Shown piece after piece: positions 1-7,892 of a stretch of DNA of 21,281 nt. The position numbers and the translations under genes are program-made. The stretch lies in IMG/VR virus record IMGVR_UViG_2671180673_000012; one strand, written 5' to 3'. Position 1 is the stretch's first letter; the number at the start of each line of letters is the position of its first letter. This DNA comes from a virus (lineage: Duplodnaviria > Heunggongvirae > Uroviricota > Caudoviricetes). Under the pieces are notes generated by a model. The model saw only the letters and a program-made list of their open reading frames with translations, did not search any database and was not told where the DNA came from.

Positions 1-1131
1 TCAAATGACCAGTTTTTTCCATTCCTTACCGCGTGCGTCGTTGTAAATATCGGTCATTTTTTGATTCGAATGGCCCAGCAAAATTTTGGTATCAACCCCC
101 TGCTCTCTGAACAATCGCTCTGATAAAGATCTCTGCTCATGGAAAGAGGGTGGGGTGCCATTAGCACGCCAGTTGTAATCCACAGAATCCCGGGCTTTTT
201 TAAATGCAACGGTTAATGTTGCTGGCTTAACCATCCCGCCGCGCTTAGCTGTCCCTTTCGCGTGATGGTGGTGCAATAGCCACGGACTAAGAACGCAATC
301 GCGGCAGGATGACACTACATCATCCAGGGTGAGATTTAATTTATCGCAACGCAGAGCCAGAGGGATGGCAATCCGGGTTCCTGTTTTTTGCTGTTCGACA
401 TGAAGATAACCATCCCGGATATCCGAAAATTGCATTTTGCAAATATCTGAAAGGCGCTGGCCTGTCATCAGTGCCAGCAGCATACCGCGCTGTAAAAAGT
501 AACCATCCTTTTCCGCTGCGTTATAAATCATCATCCACTCATCAAAAGTCAGTCGCTGTCTTGATATCCGCACCTGCGGTTTTTTTGCCGATTCTGCAGG
601 GTTAAAGCCTGGCGGGACATCGCCCGTTTGCTGAGCTTCCCGGAAAACATCGATCAGTACTTTCCTGAAAATTTGTCCCATTCTGTTATGTCCTCTGGCC
701 TTGTACTCTTCCAGTACTGATACCACATCTTTTACGGTTATGGCATCTAACGGTCTGGTGCCAAAACGTTCATCAAATACCCTGAGAGGGGCCGCTTTCT
801 GTTTCAGCGTGTTGAGTTTGATCTCGCCGTTTTCATATCTTTCCTGTTGAATTTTTCTGTAATTATTCAGAAAAATGGTAACGGTTGATGAACCGCCGGT
901 ATCACTAATAATTTTCTCCTGCAGACTGAGCATTTGTTCCATTTGCTGCCGGGCAAGACGGCTGTTCGCTTCTGCTGCAATAGTTTCTGCCAGTTTCTGG
1001 TCAATACTGCCGAGACCGTGATTTTTGCCTGTTATGGGATGCCTGTAACGCCAGTAAACTTTGTTATTTCTTTTGTCAAAATACGGAGATAATCCCGGAA
1101 CATCGGTTTTATATTTTCGCGGGCGCGCCAT
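1..1131 (-). CDS. int: Tyrosine-type site-specific integrase (phage integrase)
   Basis: 376-aa ORF; C-terminal region has R...HxxR...Y-type catalytic residues (HEQRSLSERL ... LLGHSNQKMTDIY); start overlaps the upstream small basic gene as in int-xis pairs. Confidence 0.9.
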   Translation of the reverse strand: MARPRKYKTDVPGLSPYFDKRNNKVYWRYRHPITGKNHGLGSIDQKLAETIAAEANSRLARQQMEQMLSLQEKIISDTGGSSTVTIFLNNYRKIQQERYENGEIKLNTLKQKAAPLRVFDERFGTRPLDAITVKDVVSVLEEYKARGHNRMGQIFRKVLIDVFREAQQTGDVPPGFNPAESAKKPQVRISRQRLTFDEWMMIYNAAEKDGYFLQRGMLLALMTGQRLSDICKMQFSDIRDGYLHVEQQKTGTRIAIPLALRCDKLNLTLDDVVSSCRDCVLSPWLLHHHHAKGTAKRGGMVKPATLTVAFKKARDSVDYNWRANGTPPSFHEQRSLSERLFREQGVDTKILLGHSNQKMTDIYNDARGKEWKKLVI

Positions 1132-1357
1132 CTTCCAGTATCCTCTTCAAAGCAGGGTGATCTGTGGCGATCACCTCCGGCTTGTTTACCATTCCGACAA
1201 AGCGAGCTTGCGGATCCACTCGCCAGCGTCTTCCAACTTTTTTGGGGAGAGGAAATATCATTCCGGCTTTAGCGTATTTACTTAACGTACTCGGAGTTGG
1301 GACCGGTTCACTGAATTCCTCTTTTGCCCACTCAGTGAGCAGAATAAGTCTTGCCAT
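1109..1357 (-). CDS. xis: Excisionase-like small DNA-binding protein
   Basis: 82-aa basic protein immediately upstream of int, with its 3' end overlapping the int start by 23 nt; classic xis position. Confidence 0.65.
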   Translation of the reverse strand: MARLILLTEWAKEEFSEPVPTPSTLSKYAKAGMIFPLPKKVGRRWRVDPQARFVGMVNKPEVIATDHPALKRILEDGAPAKI

Positions 1358-1421
1358 GGGCGTCGTTCGCTAATCATGGTCGCCGCCACTATAGTTGGTG
1401 GGCAACGACCGGGGTTGAACA

Positions 1422-3896
1422 TTAAAAATCAGCCTGACTCGGGATCAGTTTTTGCCAGATAACTGAAACGTATTTTGCCTGGTAACGGGCGTCATCAAGT
1501 GCATTATGGCGCTCACCTTCGAATGGAATAGCCGTTCTGGNATCGAAGTCTATGGCTTTCCCCAGCTCAACGATTGTGCGTACATCGCGATCGTTGTAGT
1601 AACGCCACGGGCAGGGGATCCCCTGCCGTTCGTATGAACGGCGCAAAATCGTGTTGTCGAAGTTGGCTCCATTTCCCCAAACCTGAACAAAAAATTCACC
1701 GGAGTTTTCGTCGATAAATTCNCGCAATTGTAACAGTGCATCATCTAACGGGATTTCATCGGTCATAATGGCAGATTGCGCTTCGCGTGATTGCTTAAGC
1801 CACCATTTAATGGTGTCCCGATCAATGACTCCGCCAGCAGTTTCCAGATCGATAGTCTTACTAAATTCCGGTCCCATATCTCCGGTTTGCGGATCGAAAA
1901 ATATTGCACCTATTGAGATGATCGGGGCATCAGGATTTTTTCCCATGGTTTCAAGGTCGATCATTAGATGGTCACACGTCCTGCTGGTGGATGTGATTTC
2001 NTGATGACCGTTCACCTTAATTGNGTGATCTGCCGTCTCGCCAGTTTCATTATCGCTATNGTGATGCTGATTGCCGNCAGTGTTCTCCTTGTGTGGATGT
2101 TCAGCGCCTTCCATTTCCTCCGGATCATCTTCCTGAACTTCAACCTGATACTCTTCATCGAATGTTTCNTGGTATGTTGCGTCGCCCATCACCGCGCCAC
2201 AATCAGGGCAGTTGCCGCCGCCGGTCTGACCGCAGGCGGTGCAGACTTTTTCCACTTCCTGTTGCGCCACTGGTTCAGGCTGTTTCGTTTCTGGCTCGTT
2301 TTGTAACGCATTTGGGCTGTTTTGTTCCGCTTTCTGGCCGTTCTGTTCCGTTTCTTGCTGGTTCTGATTCACTGAATCGCGGGTTTCAATCCCCTTCACC
2401 CATTTCGGATCATTCGGGTCGCTAATCCCTGCAACAAATTCACCACGTGATACAGCAAGCAACTTATTGGCGTCAGGCTGGCTGATATTGGCTGCCTGCA
2501 TAATTTTGTTTACTTCGTCAGCGGTAACTTTTACCGGCTCTGGTTGTGCGATCGTGTCAGATGCACCAGTATTTTGTTGTGAACCTGAGTACGTGCCGTT
2601 TTTACGTGCGAAGTATTCCTCTTTTGTGATTTCCGTAGCTCCCAGGGCCAGTGCTTTTTCCAGACCAGAAAGTTTGTTTGCGCGACCGTATTTTTCGCCG
2701 TCCTTATCGGTGAAAAGGAAGTAGAACGGTCCCTCACGCTCTACAGATGGTTCGTCTTCCACTTCGCATTCGTTTTTTTCGTTGTCCGGCATTGCCGTTT
2801 CCACTGCATCAGTTTCTGGTACTGGTGACGGGAGAGTACCAGCTGTGCCCTGATTTGTTCCTTCGTCATCTTCAAACACGCCCTTGGTAGTCAGGTATTC
2901 AGTGATGTATTTGTTCAGTGCTACGGGATCTTTGTGAATGTCGATCGGACGCTCACGGACAAGGCCAAAAATAGTCTGACGGTCGTAGCGAACGGCATCG
3001 GGTTGTTTGCGCATTGATGCGGAAATGCGCTTCCAGTCTTCGCGATCTTTGTCGATAACTTCATTTTTTGCCCAGCGATGGATGCTGCCGTCAATGTTTC
3101 CGGTATCAATATCGCCAGGCCAGAGAGCGTAGGCCAGTTCTTCATCCAGCGTTTTCCATGTCTGCTTGTATTCGCGACAAATGGCGGCAGTGACTGGGTT
3201 GATTTTTCCTGCTGAGTTTTCAGTGTTCTGTTGATTGACTCTGGCGCTGGCGAGATCAACAACAGACGTGTATTTTCCAGTCTCTTTGCGCTCTGCGTCC
3301 TGCCGTTTTTTCCAGTTACGTAATTCAGCCTGAATTTCGGGCCATTTGGCACCCGGATTACATTTGTGTTTAACCCATCCGATAGCGAACAGTTTGCGTT
3401 CCGGATACATAGCGTTAATTTCAGGCGTTTTCATCAGTGCTTCAACGATATGCCCGTCAAAGGTAGCAACGTCTTCCTGCAGTAATTCCTGCGCGTCAAT
3501 CGCCATATCAACGGTGATGTTTTCACATGTACCGAACTTAACCAGGACCGCGTTCTGTACTTCAAGGGACAGCTTGTCAAAATTGACGTTCATCGGATCG
3601 GATTCTGGTTCGACCGGAATAAAGGAAGCGGATTCCTCATCCCAGCGGTTTTCCTGCATATATTCAGCATCCCAGGAATCGAGGGCAGGGCGGGGTATAC
3701 CGGGTTTATCCTCGCAGACAAGAAATTTATAAGCGCAGTCCTGAGCAGCCGGATAATGTTCCAGGAATTGCCAGTGAAATTTTGCGCGGGCGCGACGTTC
3801 ATCACCGGCTTCAATGGCAGTGGCTACAGCGACGGCACCTTCTTCCTTTATTGCCTGTTCGTCCGGAATGGCGGCGCAAATAAAGACTTTACTCAT
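1422..3896 (-). CDS. Large early protein with C-terminal DnaQ-like (DEDDh) 3'-5' exonuclease domain and central Cys4 zinc ribbon
   Basis: 824-aa ORF; exonuclease motifs near the C-terminus (MIDLETMG ... WGNGANFD ... HNALDDA); [16 protein letters not shown] zinc ribbon; GAGG RBS 9 nt upstream of ATG at 3896; several n-derived X residues. Confidence 0.8.
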   Translation of the reverse strand: MSKVFICAAIPDEQAIKEEGAVAVATAIEAGDERRARAKFHWQFLEHYPAAQDCAYKFLVCEDKPGIPRPALDSWDAEYMQENRWDEESASFIPVEPESDPMNVNFDKLSLEVQNAVLVKFGTCENITVDMAIDAQELLQEDVATFDGHIVEALMKTPEINAMYPERKLFAIGWVKHKCNPGAKWPEIQAELRNWKKRQDAERKETGKYTSVVDLASARVNQQNTENSAGKINPVTAAICREYKQTWKTLDEELAYALWPGDIDTGNIDGSIHRWAKNEVIDKDREDWKRISASMRKQPDAVRYDRQTIFGLVRERPIDIHKDPVALNKYITEYLTTKGVFEDDEGTNQGTAGTLPSPVPETDAVETAMPDNEKNECEVEDEPSVEREGPFYFLFTDKDGEKYGRANKLSGLEKALALGATEITKEEYFARKNGTYSGSQQNTGASDTIAQPEPVKVTADEVNKIMQAANISQPDANKLLAVSRGEFVAGISDPNDPKWVKGIETRDSVNQNQQETEQNGQKAEQNSPNALQNEPETKQPEPVAQQEVEKVCTACGQTGGGNCPDCGAVMGDATYXETFDEEYQVEVQEDDPEEMEGAEHPHKENTXGNQHHXSDNETGETADHXIKVNGHXEITSTSRTCDHLMIDLETMGKNPDAPIISIGAIFFDPQTGDMGPEFSKTIDLETAGGVIDRDTIKWWLKQSREAQSAIMTDEIPLDDALLQLXEFIDENSGEFFVQVWGNGANFDNTILRRSYERQGIPCPWRYYNDRDVRTIVELGKAIDFDXRTAIPFEGERHNALDDARYQAKYVSVIWQKLIPSQADF

Positions 3897-3975
3897 TTTG
3901 TTTTACCTCATTACAGATTTAAGGGTGAACAAATCCCTGCCATTGCTGGCATATAAAAATGAAACTGGATATTAA

Positions 3976-4179
3976 TTACGGCGCTGTTTTTAATCCTGCC
4001 GGGATTTCGTTATTGTCCATGTGAATAACTTTATCGACCGGATAACAGTTGCCGGGAATTTTCTGTTCCGCTGCGGCAGCCATGCATTCTTTCATTGAGT
4101 TGTACATGCCGGTGATTGCATCAAGCGACTCACCAGTATTGAGATGTACAGTCAGAATGAGTACGAATAATGTGTTCAT
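3976..4179 (-). CDS. Small hypothetical protein with hydrophobic signal-peptide-like N-terminus
   Basis: ORF-track entry 3976..4185 trimmed to the ATG at 4179, which has a GGAGAG RBS 6 nt upstream; N-terminus MNTLFVLILTVHL; ATGA overlap with upstream gene stop. Confidence 0.5.
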   Translation of the reverse strand: MNTLFVLILTVHLNTGESLDAITGMYNSMKECMAAAAEQKIPGNCYPVDKVIHMDNNEIPAGLKTAP

Positions 4180-4364
4180 CGCCACTCTCCGAAAATACCG
4201 AGTTTAAGAAGGGCAATTCTGGAGAGTATGGAATTGTCATTCAGCAGGTAGGGTTCATATTTTCTCATATTGATTGCATCCTCGGTGAAATCCCTGTTAC
4301 TGAGCAGAACACCAATATTAAAGCACCCGTCAGACGTATTAACGTTTGGTAGTGACGTTTCCAT
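4176..4364 (-). CDS. Hypothetical small protein (62 aa)
   Basis: ATG at 4364 with GAGGA RBS 8 nt upstream; starts 10 nt after the Rha stop; stop overlaps next start (ATGA). Confidence 0.5.
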   Translation of the reverse strand: METSLPNVNTSDGCFNIGVLLSNRDFTEDAINMRKYEPYLLNDNSILSRIALLKLGIFGEWR

Positions 4365-4374
4365 TATCGCGTCC

Positions 4375-4932
4375 TCAACAATGAATTTTTAGCAATTGCT
4401 CCACAGTCATATTTTTAATTGCGCTCCGGTTTACAAGAGTCCATCCTTGTTTCTCCAGATAAAACCGGAAGGTATCCAGGGTGCAGACCATTGCGCCGTC
4501 AGGAACGGTTTCAGTGAATTTGATATTGCCGTGTTCGTCGAGACGGATAACCAGGGTGCGTCCGTCCCCGTGAATCATTTTGTCGGGAGACGGGGCGTTA
4601 TTCTGGCGCAGTTCTGCTTCCATGCGGTCGAACTCAGCAATGTATGCCTCTTTAAATGCAGCGGCTTTTTTGCCAGTGAAGCCCATCACCAGGAAAACGA
4701 AGCCGTTTTTGGTGATTTGGTACATTGGGAGTTTGCGCCCGGTTGAGTCGGTGTATTCGCTCGACACAAAATTGTGCTCAGTGAATTTTGCTGAACAGTC
4801 CAGATTGCGAATTTTATCCAACACTCGTTCGTGGCGTTTGCCAAAGAACTCGGCGATCGCAACAGACGTAGTGACAGCGCGACCATTTTCGATGGTTACG
4901 TCAGGGTGAGAAAGGGTAAGGATAGTAGCCAT
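4375..4932 (-). CDS. rha: Rha-family phage regulatory protein (antirepressor-like)
   Basis: Sequence matches the Phage_pRha pattern (AEFFGKRHERVLDKIRNLD ... FVFLVMGFTGKKAAAFKEAYIAEFDRME). The supplied ORF extends to 5229, but the internal ATG at 4932 has a GGAGG RBS 8 nt upstream and the extension runs through a terminator hairpin. Confidence 0.8.
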   Translation of the reverse strand: MATILTLSHPDVTIENGRAVTTSVAIAEFFGKRHERVLDKIRNLDCSAKFTEHNFVSSEYTDSTGRKLPMYQITKNGFVFLVMGFTGKKAAAFKEAYIAEFDRMEAELRQNNAPSPDKMIHGDGRTLVIRLDEHGNIKFTETVPDGAMVCTLDTFRFYLEKQGWTLVNRSAIKNMTVEQLLKIHC

Positions 4933-5099
4933 GATGGCAGCCTCCGCGATGAATTTGATTAACTCACCACCGAGGTTTTCCACGACCATAAGGGTGGTGA
5001 GACGTACAGGGGTGGAAATACCGGTCATCACGGAACCCGGCCAGCCTTGCGGCTGCCCTGCACGCCCCACCATAATGCGAATGTGGCTGTGCTTAACGC

Positions 5100-5124
5100 A
5101 TAAAAAAACCGCCTGAGCGCGGTT
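5100..5124 (-). terminator. Rho-independent terminator, leftward transcription
   Basis: On the minus strand: 6-bp stem AACCGC/GCGGTT, 6-nt loop, then a run of T; located upstream of the Rha RBS. Confidence 0.5.
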
Positions 5125-5775
5125 ATGCGCCGTGAATGATTTCGGGTTTCCACGCCCGGCACCCGTTTTATGAGGTGCAGGTGCACTATAATTCCACCCG
5201 TTCTGGTTTTCAATAGCTACATTCAACATTTTCTCTACCTTTCATCACCGAAGTGAACTTTGTTGATGCGGTGCCTGGTGCCTCCAGGTGACGTTAACCA
5301 GTTAACAATTAACGTCGGATACAGAGCATTCCCGTTACGCCCGTAAAAGACCGCTTGTTTTAACTGTTCCGCGTGCGCTGAGCCGCATTCACCGCATCAC
5401 AAAATTCACTTTAAAAAGGGCGGCAGAGCAGTCACGGAGTAGAACTGATACCGCCAAAAGTCACCAGAAAATTGATAACAGAGGGCGTTGCAGCGGAGTT
5501 GTCACTTAAGCGTATGGTCAACCTGACAACCCGGTGTCCTCAACGGGGGAAGGAATAACCCCGCCATACTTACCGCCGCGCCATTTCGCGGATTGCCACA
5601 ACCGGAAGCGCACGATCGAATTAAATTTAACGACGACCTATACAGAGAGACTAACTTCTCCGGGCGCTTTCGTGTTATGCCCTGACTTTTCAGGGATATA
5701 TCCTTTTCAGTAAACTGTCAGTGCCGGATTCTTATCCGTGTCCGGCGCACGCACTCTACCTCACCTGTGAATAAA

Positions 5776-6162
5776 TTAATGATTAATTGATATTTTGTTG
5801 TTTGATTCAACTTTCCCATCGGATGTGTGATGCTTTAAATCACAGGAATTAATACTGCTCGCTGTAAAATGATTTTCAAGGGGAGCTATTCGAATCCCTT
5901 TCTTTTTCATTAACAAGCCAAATCCTTTATTAATGATGTCCATTAATTCCAGGAAGTATTTTTCATGTAAATCCTGGTTATCAGAGAGCTGCTTCTCTTC
6001 GTACAGACCGATAAAGGCACGACGCACGTTACCGGATATAGTATCGATGGTTTCTTTTTCTACGGTACTCAGGTCAAGAGTCGCCAGTTGAGAGCGAACC
6101 ACATTCGATGCCATTTCCTGGAATGGTACTGGTAAATCTTTAAATTCCATCGTCAACCTCAT
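5776..6162 (-). CDS. Hypothetical protein, AT-rich gene of the early left operon
   Basis: 128-aa ORF; ATG at 6162 overlaps the upstream small-ORF stop (TGATG); alternative ATG at 6150 has a GAGG RBS 6 nt upstream; no domain recognised. Confidence 0.6.
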   Translation of the reverse strand: MRLTMEFKDLPVPFQEMASNVVRSQLATLDLSTVEKETIDTISGNVRRAFIGLYEEKQLSDNQDLHEKYFLELMDIINKGFGLLMKKKGIRIAPLENHFTASSINSCDLKHHTSDGKVESNNKISINH

Positions 6163-6314
6163 CAGTCAGTGTTTCTGGTTAACCAGCGACGCGCGCCAGC
6201 TTCAGTTTTAAACGTTTTGCTTCTGGTATACGTCATCGCGGTGAATGTGCCGTCCTGGTTGGGAAACACGCCGTACACCAGAGATTCGTTGTTGCCAAGC
6301 TCGATAGTATCCAT
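6162..6314 (-). CDS. Small hypothetical protein (50 aa), first ORF downstream of the leftward early promoter
   Basis: Hand-translated minus-strand ORF MDTIELGNNESLVYGVFPNQDGTFTAMTYTRSKTFKTEAGARRWLTRNTD; GAGG RBS 5 nt upstream of ATG at 6314; below the ORF-track length cutoff. Confidence 0.35.
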   Translation of the reverse strand: MDTIELGNNESLVYGVFPNQDGTFTAMTYTRSKTFKTEAGARRWLTRNTD

Positions 6315-6385
6315 GCTGACCTCATTTCCCCTTAACGCCGGGTGGCGGAACTAAAACCTACAGCGCCGTGCTGTTCTTGATAGAA

Positions 6386-6414
6386 ATATTAGTAACGCGG
6401 ATATTTTAAGTCAA
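6386..6414 (-). promoter_or_regulatory. Candidate leftward early promoter (pL-like)
   Basis: Minus-strand TTGACT, 17-nt spacer, TAATAT; lies between the repressor-gene terminator and the first leftward ORF. Confidence 0.45.
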
Positions 6415-6511
6415 CAGTATGGCGTATGATATTTTTGATTTGGTAACTATGTAAATGTTTTTTCAAGGGAAAAATATTAGTTATACAGCTGATTTGCAGA
6501 AGTTATGGCAC

Positions 6512-6541
6512 AAAAAAACCGACTAAGACGTCGGTTTTTTT
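6512..6541. terminator. Bidirectional rho-independent terminator downstream of the repressor gene
   Basis: 7-bp stem AACCGAC/GTCGGTT flanked by an A-tract on one side and a T-tract on the other. Confidence 0.6.
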
Positions 6542-6567
6542 GTTGTGGATGGGGTAGTGAGCGGTGG

Positions 6568-7029
6568 CTACTGGTTACGTTTCTTTAGTGCCAGCATGTT
6601 CTCGAAGGCTTCCTCGTAGAGCTTGTTTAGTCCACGTAGCTGGTTAAGGAGTTTGGCTTTTTCTGACGCAGGTAGAATCTCGAAGAGGTTAAGTAACTCT
6701 GCCTGTTCTTCATTGACCAGCCTCCATCCTTTGCCTGAAAAGTTATCATCATAAGTATCTGATGATCTTACATAATTCATTAAGTCTTTAAGGTCTTCTC
6801 GAATGTCCTCTGGTTTTACCTTTAACAGAGCCGCAAATTTTAGCGCAGCGTCGGTATTTACCGGTATCTTGCCGTTCAGATACTGGCTAACGGTGCCTTG
6901 AGATTCGAATCCCAACAACTCAGCCGCCAGCTCTTGAGTCAGCTTCAGCTCTTTTTTTCTTGCATTCCATGCGGCTTTTAAATTCTTGCTCGCTTCTGGA
7001 GTTGCAATCACTTCGCGTGTTTTTTTCAT
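6568..7029 (-). CDS. DicA-like XRE-family HTH repressor (prophage immunity repressor)
   Basis: 153 aa; N-terminal HTH (LTQELAAELLGFESQGTVSQYLNG); C-terminal region resembles DicA as recalled from memory (LPASEKAKLLNQLRGLNKLYEE); transcribed divergently from the Cro-like gene; no S24 peptidase domain. Confidence 0.8.
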   Translation of the reverse strand: MKKTREVIATPEASKNLKAAWNARKKELKLTQELAAELLGFESQGTVSQYLNGKIPVNTDAALKFAALLKVKPEDIREDLKDLMNYVRSSDTYDDNFSGKGWRLVNEEQAELLNLFEILPASEKAKLLNQLRGLNKLYEEAFENMLALKKRNQ

Positions 7030-7035
7030 ACATAG

Positions 7036-7063
7036 AGTTTATTTGTTTTACCAATATTATCAA
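7036..7063 (-). promoter_or_regulatory. Candidate repressor maintenance promoter (pRM-like), predicted leaderless transcript
   Basis: Minus-strand TTGATA, 16-nt spacer, TAAACT; predicted start site falls at or next to the repressor ATG at 7029. Confidence 0.35.
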
Positions 7064-7077
7064 AGATAGTCTGGCTG

Positions 7078-7106
7078 TTGATCTTTAAAATTAGCGGGGC
7101 TAATAT
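7078..7106 (+). promoter_or_regulatory. Candidate rightward early promoter (pR-like)
   Basis: TTGATC, 17-nt spacer, TAATAT, about 30 nt upstream of the Cro-like gene. Confidence 0.4.
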
Positions 7107-7136
7107 TTGCTCGAGGCATAACGTAGAAGGTTGGCT

Positions 7137-7412
7137 ATGAACTTAAGAGACTATTTAAAAGAGAAACATATCACCCAGCTACAGTTTGGGAAGCTAACGG
7201 GTTTATCTCAGGTGCATGTAAGTCGAGTGCTGGGGGGCTATGAAAGATTCAGCCCTGAAAAAGCATTACGTGTTGCTGAAGTAACGAATTTCGAGGTTAC
7301 ACCTCATGAACTCCGGCCTGATATTTACCCGAATCCAACCGACGGCTTACCTGTTGGATTCAAGGCTAACACACCAAATGCATCGGAGTTGATTCATGAA
7401 AATCAGGCATGA
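7137..7412 (+). CDS. Cro-like / YdaS-DicC-type HTH regulator
   Basis: ORF-track entry starts at a TTG at 7131; ATG at 7137 has a GAAGG RBS 6 nt upstream; HTH segment ITQLQFGKLTGLSQVHVSRV; first rightward gene opposite the repressor. Confidence 0.7.
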   Translation: MNLRDYLKEKHITQLQFGKLTGLSQVHVSRVLGGYERFSPEKALRVAEVTNFEVTPHELRPDIYPNPTDGLPVGFKANTPNASELIHENQA

Positions 7413-7821
7413 GCACATCCGCATGGCGATGAATGCCTGGGCGCATCCGGACGGTGAAAAAGTTCCGGCAGCTGAAATAACCCGGGCTTATTTTGAGCTT
7501 GGTATGACGTTCCCGGAATTATATGACGACAGCCATCCGGAAGCCCTGGCTCGCAATACCCAGAAAATTTTCCGCTGGGTGGAGAAAGACACTCCTGATG
7601 CGGTTAAAAAAATTCAGGCGTTGTTACCAGCGATCGAAAAAGCAATGCCGCCTCTGCTGGTGGCCCGAATGCGCAGCCACAGTTCAGCTTATTTTCGGGA
7701 GCTGGTGGAGACGCGGGAACGACTGGTGAGAGACGCTGATGATTTTGTCGCAGTGGCGATCGCTGGTTTCAACCAGATGAATCGTGGTGGCCCTGCAGGA
7801 AATATTGTGGCCGTGCATTGA
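7396..7821 (+). CDS. YdaT-like regulatory protein (possible CII-position regulator)
   Basis: 141 aa starting MKIRHEHI; GGAG RBS 7 nt upstream; overlaps Cro-like gene end by 17 nt; assignment to the YdaT family is from recalled similarity. Confidence 0.55.
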   Translation: MKIRHEHIRMAMNAWAHPDGEKVPAAEITRAYFELGMTFPELYDDSHPEALARNTQKIFRWVEKDTPDAVKKIQALLPAIEKAMPPLLVARMRSHSSAYFRELVETRERLVRDADDFVAVAIAGFNQMNRGGPAGNIVAVH

Positions 7822-7892
7822 CTCGCAATATTCATACCGGATCACTTCCGGCAATTTGTGAGTAAAAAGATTCGGTATCAGAAGAGGTGAGT

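Noticed and set aside
1061-1373. Plus-strand ORFs 1061..1285 and 1164..1373 overlapping int and xis
   Set aside because: Antisense shadow ORFs inside well-supported minus-strand genes; no RBS or context.
1550-3814. Multiple 60-143-aa ORFs on both strands inside the 1422..3896 exonuclease gene
   Set aside because: All are nested in, or antisense to, a long ORF with recognisable exonuclease motifs; several contain n-derived X residues; judged spurious.
4396-5213. Plus-strand and minus-strand ORFs 4396..4746, 4580..4909, 4686..4886, 4931..5116, 5028..5213
   Set aside because: Overlap the Rha gene or its upstream terminator region; no start signals; shadows of GC-rich sequence.
4933-5229. N-terminal 99-codon extension of the Rha ORF (supplied as 4375..5229)
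   Set aside because: The extension has no homology signal, runs through the terminator hairpin at 5100-5124, and the internal ATG at 4932 has a GGAGG RBS; the gene was trimmed.
6169-6354. Plus-strand 61-aa ORF 6169..6354
   Set aside because: The minus strand here holds a 50-aa ORF with a proper RBS, in the expected leftward orientation; the plus-strand ORF has no RBS.
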